Source of the DNA: Patescibacteria group bacterium
GTDB lineage: Bacteria; Patescibacteriota; Microgenomatia; UBA1406
DNA: 64,000 nucleotides
NCBI GenBank assembly: GCA_041665145.1
Contig: JBAYJK010000004.1
Span: forward strand, 66,434-130,433
Reading direction: 5' to 3'
Under the pieces are notes generated by a model that saw nothing but the letters and a program-made list of their open reading frames with translations, did not search any database and was not told where the DNA came from. Positions 7,873 through 17,026 of the stretch are shown here, in pieces (position 1 is the first letter of the stretch; every line of letters starts with the position of its first letter). Position numbers and translations under genes: made by a program.

Positions 7873-10113
7873 ATGAACAAAATAATAATAAAAGGAGCCA
7901 GAGAGAACAACCTGAAGAACATTAACCTTACTGTTCCGAGAAATAAGGTGGTGTGTTTTGTGGGAGTGTCCGGGTCCGGCAAGTCTACTATCGCTTTCGA
8001 TATAATTGCGCGTGAGGGTGAGCGGCAATATTTTGAGTCTTTGCCATCATATGCGCGTCGTTACCTTCACAAGAACAACAGACCGGATGTTGATGAAATC
8101 CGGGGCGTGTCTGCTTCAATCATAATCAGTCAAGATAGAGTTCGAGGTAATCCGCGTTCAACAGTTGGAACACTTACTGAAGCGTACACCTATCTTCGCA
8201 TGTTATATTCCCGTGTTGGTCTGCCATCAATGGATTCATCATACTATTCGTTTAACCATCCGTATGGGTATTGTAAAAAATGCAAAGGTTTGGGAAGAGC
8301 TGTAGAGGTTAATTTAGACAAAGTTGTAGACATGAATAAGAGTCTTAACGAAGGAGCCCTTTTGCCGGGAGATTGGTATATAGGAGGACGCCAATGGAGC
8401 ATTGTGAAGGCATCTCGTCATTTTAACATGGATAAAAAGCTGAGCGATTACTCGCCGAATGAACTTGATAATCTTTTATACGCACAGCCTGAACTCCTAG
8501 AGTCGGTAAGTGGAGAGTTTATCGATCGCTGGACATTCCAAGGTATCGTGCATCGCATCATTCATCGCAATAACAACACGCATCGCAACCTATCTGAAAA
8601 TGATATGAAGTATTTTAGTTTGGTTGATTGCCCAGAATGTCATGGCGGTCGTTTAAACAACACATCGTTGGAAGTGCGACTTAATGGTAGGAACATCGGT
8701 GAAGTGGGCAATATGCCCCTTCCTGAATGTTTGGCGTTCATACAAAGCATCGTTCATAAGAATGCCGATGCCATCAAACCCCGACTCGTCCAAGAGCTAC
8801 AAGGGTTGATCGCTGTGGGTGTCGGATACTTGTCCCTCAACCGATCAGCCGACACACTTTCGGGAGGTGAAGCGCAACGGGTTAAAATGGCCCGACAGCT
8901 CGGATGTGATCTTATCGAGACAGTATACGTTCTAGACGAGCCCACGGCCGGACTTCACCCGAGAGACGTGGTGAACGTTGTAGAGAACCTTAGAAAACTT
9001 AAAAATAATGGCAATAGCGTGATTGTTGTCGAGCATGATGAAACGGTTATCAGAAATGCCGATTTTGCAGTCGAAGTCGGACCGGGAGGTGGGAAAAAGG
9101 GTGGAGAGATCGTTGCAACAGGATCAATCGATCAAATTATGAATAACCCCACATCTCTTACCGGAAAGTACCTAAGTAAAGAAAAGAGCATTCCAGCAAA
9201 GCAAACCTACCGCCATCCCACCGGTTTTTTGACCATCACAAACGCTCGTCGCCACAACCTGAAGAGTCTCACCCTTACAGTTCCAACCGGGGTGCTTGTA
9301 GCACTGACCGGCGTGTCGGGATCGGGAAAAAGCTCGCTGGTCGAGGAGATTGTTGACCAACAGGAAAGCAACGTAATAGTTGTCGATCAAAAAGCCGTTG
9401 GAGCAAATAAGCGCGGGTGCATCGCAACATATCTAGGTGCGTTTGATACCATTCGTCAACACTTTGCAGATACGCACCACCTGCACCCCAGTTTCTTCAG
9501 TTATAACTCAAAAGGAGGTTGCGAACTATGCAAAGGAGTCGGGTTTGTTGAAATGGACATGAACTTTTTGGGAGATGTAAAAATTAAGTGCGAAAGTTGT
9601 AACGGTCGAAGATATAGAGAAGAAGTATTGGAATATTTGTATAACGGCAAAAATATCGCAGAAGTGCTTGCTATGACCGCAACGGAGATTAAAGAGTTTT
9701 TTAATGACCCAAATATTGCAACACAAATGAAGTTGCTTGAAGAGGTGGGTCTTGATTATATGGAAATGGGACAAACCCTCGACACGCTCTCAGGAGGAGA
9801 ATCCCAGCGACTGAAACTTGCGAGTCGTTTGCAAGCCAGAGGTGAATTTTATATTTTAGATGAGCCAACATCCGGCTTGCATTTTGCTGATGTAGAAAAA
9901 CTTTTGGTGCTTCTGAATAAACTAGTCGATAACGGTAACACGGTACTGGTGGTCGAGCATAATTTGGATGTTATTAAGAATGCCGATTGGATTATAGACC
10001 TCGGGCCGGAAGGCGGGGAAAAAGGAGGAGGAATAGTCGCCCAAGGAACACCGTGGGAGATCGCCCAGGTTTCCCGGTCGTACACCGGACATTATTTGCA
10101 AAGAGTCTTGTGA
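7873..10113 (+). CDS. UvrA-family ABC ATPase, short paralog lacking the UvrB-binding region (class II UvrA-like)
   Basis: Two Walker A motifs ('GVSGSGKST', 'GVSGSGKSS'). Two signature motifs ('LSGGEAQR', 'LSGGESQR'). Zn-finger CxxC pairs ('CKKCKG','CPECHG','CELCKG','CESCNG'). 746 aa. The gap from Walker A1 to signature 1 is about 150 aa shorter than I recall for canonical UvrA. Confidence 0.88.
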   Translation: MNKIIIKGARENNLKNINLTVPRNKVVCFVGVSGSGKSTIAFDIIAREGERQYFESLPSYARRYLHKNNRPDVDEIRGVSASIIISQDRVRGNPRSTVGTLTEAYTYLRMLYSRVGLPSMDSSYYSFNHPYGYCKKCKGLGRAVEVNLDKVVDMNKSLNEGALLPGDWYIGGRQWSIVKASRHFNMDKKLSDYSPNELDNLLYAQPELLESVSGEFIDRWTFQGIVHRIIHRNNNTHRNLSENDMKYFSLVDCPECHGGRLNNTSLEVRLNGRNIGEVGNMPLPECLAFIQSIVHKNADAIKPRLVQELQGLIAVGVGYLSLNRSADTLSGGEAQRVKMARQLGCDLIETVYVLDEPTAGLHPRDVVNVVENLRKLKNNGNSVIVVEHDETVIRNADFAVEVGPGGGKKGGEIVATGSIDQIMNNPTSLTGKYLSKEKSIPAKQTYRHPTGFLTITNARRHNLKSLTLTVPTGVLVALTGVSGSGKSSLVEEIVDQQESNVIVVDQKAVGANKRGCIATYLGAFDTIRQHFADTHHLHPSFFSYNSKGGCELCKGVGFVEMDMNFLGDVKIKCESCNGRRYREEVLEYLYNGKNIAEVLAMTATEIKEFFNDPNIATQMKLLEEVGLDYMEMGQTLDTLSGGESQRLKLASRLQARGEFYILDEPTSGLHFADVEKLLVLLNKLVDNGNTVLVVEHNLDVIKNADWIIDLGPEGGEKGGGIVAQGTPWEIAQVSRSYTGHYLQRVL

Positions 10114-10116
10114 TTT

Positions 10117-10443
10117 TTATTTGTGTTGTTCGTTCATTTTCTTCCAATCCCATGAACGGGATTTATTGAAGTCGAGCTTTTTCAGAATCGCCGCTTCGAT
10201 GTCAATTCCCAACACGCCACACAAATGGAGAATCCGCTGAATCGCATCTCCCAATTCTTCTTTAAATCCGTCCTTACCATCAAAGTTCTGATGACGATAC
10301 GCTTCAAATGCTTCCGAAATTTCCGAATGGATAAGCGCAATTTTCTCAGGTACCGAGACATCTTCCGGCTTTATTCCAAAACCTTTTTCCTGTGCCTGTA
10401 GCATAATAAGATCAGAAAGTTCCTTGACTGTTAAGCTTTTCAT
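10117..10443 (-). CDS. MazG-like nucleotide pyrophosphohydrolase (intact paralog)
   Basis: 108 aa. 'EISEAFEAYR' and 'EELGDAIQRILHLCG' (EExxE/D-type metal motifs). Confidence 0.8.
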   Translation of the reverse strand: MKSLTVKELSDLIMLQAQEKGFGIKPEDVSVPEKIALIHSEISEAFEAYRHQNFDGKDGFKEELGDAIQRILHLCGVLGIDIEAAILKKLDFNKSRSWDWKKMNEQHK

Positions 10444-10569
10444 AAAAAATTTGAAACTGCTAATTAAATTTCATCAGAACCTCATCCGAAACAATTGTCC
10501 TGTTTTTTAACTGCCGTTTGGTATCCATACTCCAATTGTACCAGAGTGGTCATATAGTATACTTTTCTC

Positions 10570-11205
10570 ATGCATCACGGATATCACATCGTTTTTATTC
10601 CCGGTCTGCATGACCAGCATCCGCTTCAAAAAGCACTATTATCCCTTCTGCCGTCAGTATGGAGATTGTTTGGGCTTCGTATGCATATTGTCTATCCCGA
10701 ATGGGAAAAGGGAAACAGTTTCACGCCAAAACTGGAACGGATACTTGCAAAAATCGACTCGTTGCTCGATGCGGGTTATTCTGTAGCAGTTGCCGGACAA
10801 AGTGCTGGCGGAAGTGCCGCGGGAAATGCTTTTATACAACGAAAAAACAAACTTGCAGGATTCGTAAATATTACAGGAAGACTGAAAGAGGGAAACAATG
10901 TTACACCAACTCTTGCAAAGGTCTCAAAAAACAGTCCTGCGTTTGCCGAATCGGTTCGTCAATTTGAAAGAGATGAAAAGAAATTGTCCAAGACTGACAG
11001 AAAGAGAATGCTGACTATTCGTCCTTTACGCGATTATGTCGTGCCCGCGGCAACTGCCGCAGTTGCCGGGGGAACAAATCTTATCAGTCCATTTCCCGGA
11101 CATGCGACGGGAGGAATTTATATCAATATCTTTTATGCGAGAAGAATTCGCGAGTTCCTGGAGAATTGCAGAGAAACATACGAGATAAAACACAAATTGA
11201 CCTAG
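10570..11205 (+). CDS. alpha/beta-hydrolase-fold protein
   Basis: Nucleophile elbow 'GQSAGG'. TATACT (10558-10563) + 6 nt + ATG. Confidence 0.6.
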   Translation: MHHGYHIVFIPGLHDQHPLQKALLSLLPSVWRLFGLRMHIVYPEWEKGNSFTPKLERILAKIDSLLDAGYSVAVAGQSAGGSAAGNAFIQRKNKLAGFVNITGRLKEGNNVTPTLAKVSKNSPAFAESVRQFERDEKKLSKTDRKRMLTIRPLRDYVVPAATAAVAGGTNLISPFPGHATGGIYINIFYARRIREFLENCRETYEIKHKLT

Positions 11206-11235
11206 TTACAACAGATTAAGAGATATAATAAAGAT

Positions 11236-11652
11236 ATGATCACGCTATCCACAGCCAAAAAATCAGAATCACTTGAAGAGGAGTGGAAACTATTTAGTAA
11301 AGGGAAGTACGGGCCCACAGCTCATTGGCTGGAAAAACATTTTCGCTTCAAGGCAGTTGAGGATGGAGAACTTGTTGGTACTATTGAGGGAAAAATTGAG
11401 GGGGATGTTGTGTATATTGCAGCCCTCATGGTCAAACCAACCGTACGGGGAAAAGGTGTTGGCCAGATGCTTGTTAATCGGGCAGAATTATTCGGTAAAA
11501 AGCACAAAGCAACAAAAACATGGTTGCTTACCGGTGCTAACTGGGAATCAAACGGCTTTTACCAAAAGATGGGTTTTACAAAATCTGCAACTATTCCTAA
11601 ATTGTTTTTCAATGTCGACTTCAACGCGTACATCAGAATAATAAAGCAATGA
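11236..11652 (+). CDS. GNAT-family N-acetyltransferase
   Basis: Motif A 'VRGKGVGQMLV' and 'GFYQKMGF'. TATAAT (11224-11229) + 6 nt + ATG. Confidence 0.8.
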   Translation: MITLSTAKKSESLEEEWKLFSKGKYGPTAHWLEKHFRFKAVEDGELVGTIEGKIEGDVVYIAALMVKPTVRGKGVGQMLVNRAELFGKKHKATKTWLLTGANWESNGFYQKMGFTKSATIPKLFFNVDFNAYIRIIKQ

Positions 11653-11701
11653 TGTCTATAAACCGTGGACAAATATTTAACTACTTGGTAGTATCTTTTC
11701 A

Positions 11702-11941
11702 ATGTTAACCAAAAAAGACTTACAGCAAATCGCACGTCTCTTTGACGGGCAGTTTGAGCGTATAGACAGCCGATTCGTTCATATAGAGAAAACGCTCGAT
11801 AGACATAGTAAAGAGCTACGTACATTAAGACAAGACCAGAAGATTATGCTCAATCTTCTTGACCGTGAACAAATGTTTCAGCGCAGGCGCCTTGATAGAG
11901 TAGAAACTCACCTACAATTGCCCTCTCTCACGCAAGACTGA
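11702..11941 (+). CDS. hypothetical coiled-coil protein
   Basis: 79-aa ORF, charged and heptad-like. Extended -10 TGgTAGTAT (11686-11694) lies 7 nt upstream of the ATG. Confidence 0.45.
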   Translation: MLTKKDLQQIARLFDGQFERIDSRFVHIEKTLDRHSKELRTLRQDQKIMLNLLDREQMFQRRRLDRVETHLQLPSLTQD

Positions 11942-11990
11942 GTGTCTTCATAAGAACTCCTGTGATAAAATATATCCAGTCTTTTGATTT

Positions 11991-12064
11991 GCCCGATCGT
12001 CTAATGGTAGGACGAACGGCTCTGAACCGTTTAATGGTGGTTCGAATCCATCTCGGGCAGCCAG
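11991..12064 (+). tRNA. tRNA-Gln (anticodon CTG), CCA encoded
   Basis: Cloverleaf folded by hand. Acceptor TGCCCGA/TCGGGCA (U1-A72). D-stem GTCT/GGAC. Anticodon stem AACGG/CCGTT with loop CTCTGAA. 4-nt variable region. T-arm GGTGG-TTCGAAT-CCATC. Discriminator G followed by CCA. Confidence 0.9.
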
Positions 12065-12079
12065 GCACAACTCTATGCC

Positions 12080-12721
12080 GTGCAAAGTTTTTTTGAAATG
12101 AGTGATTTTAAACAACAACTCAAAGCTGCCTACGATTTAGATTCCAAAGAGAGACTTGCTTTAGAGGGTGTAAGAGATGAATGGAAAAGTGTGGTAAGAC
12201 GCGAGTTAGCCCTAGTTTTTAGGTCCAAGAATGTTAGAAATATCCTTGAACTTGGCTCCGGTGTAGGGACGGATGCAAAATTCTTCCAAGACTCAGGCTT
12301 TAATGTTTTGGCAACAGATTTTTCAAATGGGATGGTTAAAATTTGTAAAGAAAAAGGTTTAGATACAATGAATTTAGACCTCTACGACATAGCGACATTA
12401 CAAAAAAAATTCGATGCCGTTTACACATTAAACACGCTGCTTCATGTTCCAAAAAAAGACCTAGACGTAGTGCTGTCAGACATACATAATGTTTTAAACC
12501 CCGGAGGCATTTTCTTTTATGGTGTATATGGTGGAAAGGACGAAGAACAAATAAGATCAGACAAAGGCAGGGTAAAATTACCGAGATTTTTCTCTTTTTT
12601 GTCAGACGACTCACTGCTAAGAGTAGTCAAAGATAAATTTAAGATCTTTGAATTTAAAACCATAGACACGGGGAGCAAAATCCCATGGTTCCATTTTCAA
12701 TCCCTAACACTCATTAAGTGA
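12080..12721 (+). CDS. class I SAM-dependent methyltransferase
   Basis: Motif I 'ILELGSGVGTDA' and motif post-I 'VLATDFS'. The ORF starts with GTG at 12080. An alternative ATG is at 12098. Confidence 0.8.
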   Translation: MQSFFEMSDFKQQLKAAYDLDSKERLALEGVRDEWKSVVRRELALVFRSKNVRNILELGSGVGTDAKFFQDSGFNVLATDFSNGMVKICKEKGLDTMNLDLYDIATLQKKFDAVYTLNTLLHVPKKDLDVVLSDIHNVLNPGGIFFYGVYGGKDEEQIRSDKGRVKLPRFFSFLSDDSLLRVVKDKFKIFEFKTIDTGSKIPWFHFQSLTLIK

Positions 12722-12725
12722 GTTG

Positions 12726-13130
12726 TTAGTTTTTCAACCTCTTATCCGGCACGAGGTATTTGGGGTCAATGGGATTGGGCTCGTCGTCATTATAGTTTAG
12801 GAACAGCTCTTCTCCGGAACGGACATCTTGTATCGTAGTAAATACCACTTCCTTTTTTCCATAATCAAAGTCTATCTCTACGTTACGGTTGTAGCTATGA
12901 TTGAGGACAGCGCCATACCCTAAAACCAGTGAGTCATGTTCGTCATCCCAATCGAAGATATACCTGCTGAATATAGTCTTCTCAACGTGTTCATCATCTC
13001 TTTTATACACAACAGCCGGACACCGTTCGATAACCGTTCCTTTTTTAATGTCTTCCGTCGCAATCAGTCCACGGATATGTAGTGTCGGGGAAATCCCCAC
13101 TCTGAAAGGCAGTTTGATTCCTTCTCCCAT
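12726..13130 (-). CDS. SET-domain protein (putative lysine methyltransferase)
   Basis: 'LNHSYNRN' (NHS motif) and 'GEELFLNYN' (ELxxxY motif) in a 134-aa protein. TAATAT lies 7 nt upstream of the ATG. Confidence 0.7.
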   Translation of the reverse strand: MGEGIKLPFRVGISPTLHIRGLIATEDIKKGTVIERCPAVVYKRDDEHVEKTIFSRYIFDWDDEHDSLVLGYGAVLNHSYNRNVEIDFDYGKKEVVFTTIQDVRSGEELFLNYNDDEPNPIDPKYLVPDKRLKN

Positions 13131-13193
13131 ATGGTCAATATTATCAAATTAATAGTAGAATAGAGAACGAGACATATTAATCCAATTAAACTT

Positions 13194-13817
13194 ATGACCA
13201 ACACAGAAGAATTTAACCGACAAGTTGAAAACCTGTTGCAAAAAGAATATCCGAAACATGCGGGGATTTCTGTTGATTCTTTCCGTAAACAAACAGAAGC
13301 TCTGAAACTAAAATTGCCACAAAGACTAGAAAAAAGTAGCGGTCAGATTCCCTTTGTAATTGTCGTAAAAGGAGAACTGGTTTCTCCGCACGTTGCCCTA
13401 CCGCTTATTGAAATCAAAGGTGAAAAGGGAGTGGTGAACATGGAGCCTGTGGAACCTGAAGATTTCAATCCCATCAGCGGATTGTCCATCCCAATCTCAT
13501 CGCTCTATTTACTTGTCGATGTCAGCACAGGAAGAGATACTTTAAATGTCCGACCGGAGGATGCGCTTAAAACAATACTTTCTTGCGGGCGTTTTCCGCT
13601 TACCATTGATGAAGGCGTTTCGTTGCTCACTCAGTTTCCTGAAATCTTAACGGACAAGAAAAAATACAACGCCTTTCAAATGTGCGGCTCAAGACGAGCG
13701 GATCAGCGAGTTCCATCAATCTGGACAAGCTACGGAAAACCCCGTCTCGGGTGGTGTTGGGACCGCAACCCACATACGTGGCTCGGCTCCGCATCATGCG
13801 CTGTCCGAATTGGTTAA
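13194..13817 (+). CDS. conserved hypothetical protein
   Basis: 207-aa ORF with C-terminal 'RVPSIWTSYGKPRLGWCWDRNPHTWLGSASC'. No function assignable by eye. Confidence 0.5.
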   Translation: MTNTEEFNRQVENLLQKEYPKHAGISVDSFRKQTEALKLKLPQRLEKSSGQIPFVIVVKGELVSPHVALPLIEIKGEKGVVNMEPVEPEDFNPISGLSIPISSLYLLVDVSTGRDTLNVRPEDALKTILSCGRFPLTIDEGVSLLTQFPEILTDKKKYNAFQMCGSRRADQRVPSIWTSYGKPRLGWCWDRNPHTWLGSASCAVRIG

Positions 13818-13821
13818 GTGA

Positions 13822-15057
13822 TTATTGGTACTGCAGTGCATCAATTGGAGACAGGTTAGCGGCACGGCGTGCCGGATATAGCCCGAAAACAATACCAACA
13901 CCCGTAGAAACCCCGACAGCAATAACAATCGCCGGAATACTCACAATAAACGGTATGTGAAAGGCGAGTGAAATAAGTAATGCAAACCCCGATCCCAAAG
14001 ATATTCCAACAACTCCTCCGATAAGCGTCATCACCATCGATTCAAACAGAAACTGTGTCAATATATCTTTATCCTTTGCACCGATTGCTTTTAACAAGCC
14101 TATTTCCTTAGTACGTTCCGTTACAGAAACAAGCATGATATTCATAACCCCGACACCTCCGACTACCAGGGAAATAGCTGAAATCGCCACAATCATCGCC
14201 GTCAAAAGCGAGGTGATTGTTTGGGTGGTTGAAAGAATATCTTGCGCACTCGACATCTGGAAATTATTGTCAATACCTTCTTTCAAATTATGTTGGTCCC
14301 TTAATAATTGTGTTACATCCTCCATGGTCTGATTAATAGTATCCTGGTCATAAACACTCACATCAATTTCCATTAAACTGTCATCGCCGGTAAGATTTTG
14401 TGATGCAACAGAAACAGGAACAAACAAAGAATTGTTCAAAAACGAACCCGCGAGAACCGATGCTGAGTGGATAACTCCACTCACCCGATATGTCCGGTTA
14501 TCTATGGTAAGCGACTCATTAATCGGGGACGAATCATTTCCAAAAAAATTGTCAGCAGCTTCACTGCCCATTACTACTACTTGTTCGGATGAGGATTGCT
14601 GCTCATCTGTAAGAAACTCCCCATATCGCACCTCTGGCCTTAAGATATTTTGAGCATCCGCTGTTGTACCGTATACTGAGAGTTCGTCTTCTTCGCCATT
14701 TGCAGACACAATGACTGACGCGAGCGCAAACGGTGCAACACGTTTAACATTTGTGAGAGATTCATCATCTCTTATAGCGTTATAATCGTCCATTGTCAGT
14801 GCTTGTGAACCTGCAAATGTACTAATTTGGCTTTTTCCCGGATTGATTTGGAAATAATCTGTCCCAAATGAGGCAAGTTCTTCCGTAATAAACGCGACCG
14901 CCCCTTGTCCGATGGAGTAGATAAGAATTACGGAAGTAATTCCGATAATTATACCCAGCATCGTGAGTGACGTTCTCAGCTTGTTTGCTTTTAACGCCTG
15001 CAATGCGGAACGAACAATTTCTATATATTCCATATTATTTTTTAGTATCCGAAACAA
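13822..15057 (-). CDS. ABC transporter permease, MacB/FtsX family
   Basis: N-terminal TM, a large extracytoplasmic domain, then a C-terminal FtsX-type 3-TM bundle ('ERTKEIGLLKAIGA'). Confidence 0.85.
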   Translation of the reverse strand: MFRILKNNMEYIEIVRSALQALKANKLRTSLTMLGIIIGITSVILIYSIGQGAVAFITEELASFGTDYFQINPGKSQISTFAGSQALTMDDYNAIRDDESLTNVKRVAPFALASVIVSANGEEDELSVYGTTADAQNILRPEVRYGEFLTDEQQSSSEQVVVMGSEAADNFFGNDSSPINESLTIDNRTYRVSGVIHSASVLAGSFLNNSLFVPVSVASQNLTGDDSLMEIDVSVYDQDTINQTMEDVTQLLRDQHNLKEGIDNNFQMSSAQDILSTTQTITSLLTAMIVAISAISLVVGGVGVMNIMLVSVTERTKEIGLLKAIGAKDKDILTQFLFESMVMTLIGGVVGISLGSGFALLISLAFHIPFIVSIPAIVIAVGVSTGVGIVFGLYPARRAANLSPIDALQYQ

Positions 15058-15730
15058 TGGATCCGTCTACAATCCTGATAATTCTTTTTGCATAGGCAGC
15101 AATGTCATTTTCATGAGTAATCAAAACGACGGTTCGACCGGACTTATTGAGTTTCGTAAAAAAACCCATTATCTCCGACGAAGTTTTGGTATCCAGGTTT
15201 CCCGTCGGCTCGTCAGCAAGGACAATAGCTGGGTTCATGACAATCGCCCGTGCAATTGCAACCCGTTGAATTTGTCCGCCGGAAATATGGTTTGAAATAT
15301 TGTTTGCTTTGTCTTCAATCCCAACCAGTCGTAATGCTTCAAGTGCGCGCCGGGTACGCTCCTCCTGTTTTACACCCGCATAAATCATAGGGCGCTCCAC
15401 ATTCTTAAGCACCGTTGTTCGAGGAAGTAGATTGAACGTTTGGAACACGAATCCGATTTCCTTGTTCCGCAGCTCGGCCAACTGATCACTCGTATACTGG
15501 CTGATATTTTTCCCTTTGAGCGAATATGTCCCTGATGTTGGGGTATCAAGCGCTCCAATGATGTGCATGGTGGTTGATTTTCCACTTCCGGATGGGCCCA
15601 TAATAGCGACAAACTCTCCTTCATGGATAGAAAGCGACACGCCATTAAGTGCCTGGTAAAATTCCCCCGTTGCCAAGGGATATCGTTTGGTAACTGTATC
15701 GAGACGAATAAGCGGTTCTGTGTGCAGCAT
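15035..15730 (-). CDS. ABC transporter ATP-binding protein (MacB/LolD-type)
   Basis: Walker A 'GPSGSGKST', signature 'ISGGQIQRVAIARA', Walker B 'VLADEPTGNLD'. Confidence 0.9.
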   Translation of the reverse strand: MLHTEPLIRLDTVTKRYPLATGEFYQALNGVSLSIHEGEFVAIMGPSGSGKSTTMHIIGALDTPTSGTYSLKGKNISQYTSDQLAELRNKEIGFVFQTFNLLPRTTVLKNVERPMIYAGVKQEERTRRALEALRLVGIEDKANNISNHISGGQIQRVAIARAIVMNPAIVLADEPTGNLDTKTSSEIMGFFTKLNKSGRTVVLITHENDIAAYAKRIIRIVDGSIVSDTKK

Positions 15731-15732
15731 AA

Positions 15733-16929
15733 TTAGTTTCCCAATAATCCCGGTCGTTTAATCTGTTCGTTGGAAAGAGTGGTAATTATCTCTTGGTTTT
15801 CTTTTACGCCTTTGACAATCTCTGTGTACGCTTTGCCTCGCACTCCAATCTCCACCGGCACATACGTAATAGCTCCGTTTTTACCGGGTACACGAATTGC
15901 CCGACCTCCCTGATAGGGTTTAACGGCAGAGTTGGGGACTCTCAAAACATTTGTCTTATTGTTTGTGGTAATAGTTATGTCTGCACTCATACCAGGACGG
16001 ATAAACTTGTCTGCGTTGGCAATTTGCATATACGCGTTATACCGCATAACACCTTTCACATCGCTCCCGACCGTATCGACACGGGTTATAAAACCATGAT
16101 ATTTCTTATGAGAAACCGCCTTCACATCTATCAATACCGATTGATTCTCGGCAACCTTGGCAATTGAATACTCGCTGAGAGAAACAATTACCTCCGTAAG
16201 CGCAGAGCCGGCAATAAGAGCAAGGGGTTTTGCGACCGAAGCAGTGACCGCACTTCCGCTTGAAACCGAGAGATTCTCGATTATACCGTCTGCCGTTGCT
16301 TTCACTGTTGCGTTCTGTGTTGCCGTATACAACAAATACGTGCTTGAGACTGCGGCTTTTGCCTGTGAGATTACGTTCTGCTGTTGTTTATAGTCCTGTT
16401 CCGCAGCAAGCCATTGTTTTTCAGGTATATGAAATTCTGGTAATGACCTGTTTTCATATTTTGGATTACCGTCTGAGGTTTCATACGTGTCATTTGTTGC
16501 AAGTTCCCGAAACGTATCCCACTTATCGAACATTACTGCCTGAAGCTTCAGTGCCATAGAGTTTGCCGCGTCTAACGCACTTTTTGCGGCCAGATAGTTT
16601 GCAAGTGCCAATGACTTCTCCTGTTCTGTTGCTGAGCTTTTAATTGCAAATAACGTATCGCCCGTTTTGACAACATCTCCATTTTTTACGGACACGTCAG
16701 TTACCACTCCTGTTGAGGGCGAAGTTACCGTAACCACATTTGTGGAATTAATTATTCCCGTCTCGGAAACCAACTCAGTAATGCTGCCACGTTTTACTTT
16801 GTCCGTAATGAATTTCGAACCACCCGAAGAAGTTAATGATACGAATGCAAAAATAACCACAATCGCAATCACGACAATAACAAGAAGCTTTTTTTTCTTT
16901 GAAAGTTTGCGAAAACGTTTAAATACCAT
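15733..16929 (-). CDS. efflux periplasmic adaptor (HlyD/MacA-like membrane fusion protein)
   Basis: N-terminal TM, lipoyl-like 'GDVVKTGDTLF', a coiled-coil segment and a beta-barrel C-terminus. First gene of the three-gene efflux operon. Confidence 0.75.
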   Translation of the reverse strand: MVFKRFRKLSKKKKLLVIVVIAIVVIFAFVSLTSSGGSKFITDKVKRGSITELVSETGIINSTNVVTVTSPSTGVVTDVSVKNGDVVKTGDTLFAIKSSATEQEKSLALANYLAAKSALDAANSMALKLQAVMFDKWDTFRELATNDTYETSDGNPKYENRSLPEFHIPEKQWLAAEQDYKQQQNVISQAKAAVSSTYLLYTATQNATVKATADGIIENLSVSSGSAVTASVAKPLALIAGSALTEVIVSLSEYSIAKVAENQSVLIDVKAVSHKKYHGFITRVDTVGSDVKGVMRYNAYMQIANADKFIRPGMSADITITTNNKTNVLRVPNSAVKPYQGGRAIRVPGKNGAITYVPVEIGVRGKAYTEIVKGVKENQEIITTLSNEQIKRPGLLGN

Positions 16930-16951
16930 AACAACACATAGGCTACTAATT

Positions 16952-16971
16952 AAAACATGATAGCATGTTTT
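16952..16971. promoter_or_regulatory. perfect 8-bp inverted repeat AAAACATG-ATAG-CATGTTTT in a divergent promoter region
   Basis: Lies between the efflux operon (start 16929) and the hydrolase gene (start 17027). Confidence 0.4.
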
Positions 16972-17026
16972 ACCGAAAACCGTAATTGATGGCGGTCACA
17001 TAAACGTGGTGTATAATTTACCCAAT

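Noticed and set aside
77-10521. Exact 12-mer ACTGCCGTTTGG preceded by a T-run at 77-88 and 10510-10521, both in promoter-proximal intergenic DNA
   Set aside because: A single 12-nt match between two sites in a 64-kb window is within what chance can produce. There is no dyad symmetry and no third copy. It is noted only in case a genome-wide scan finds more.
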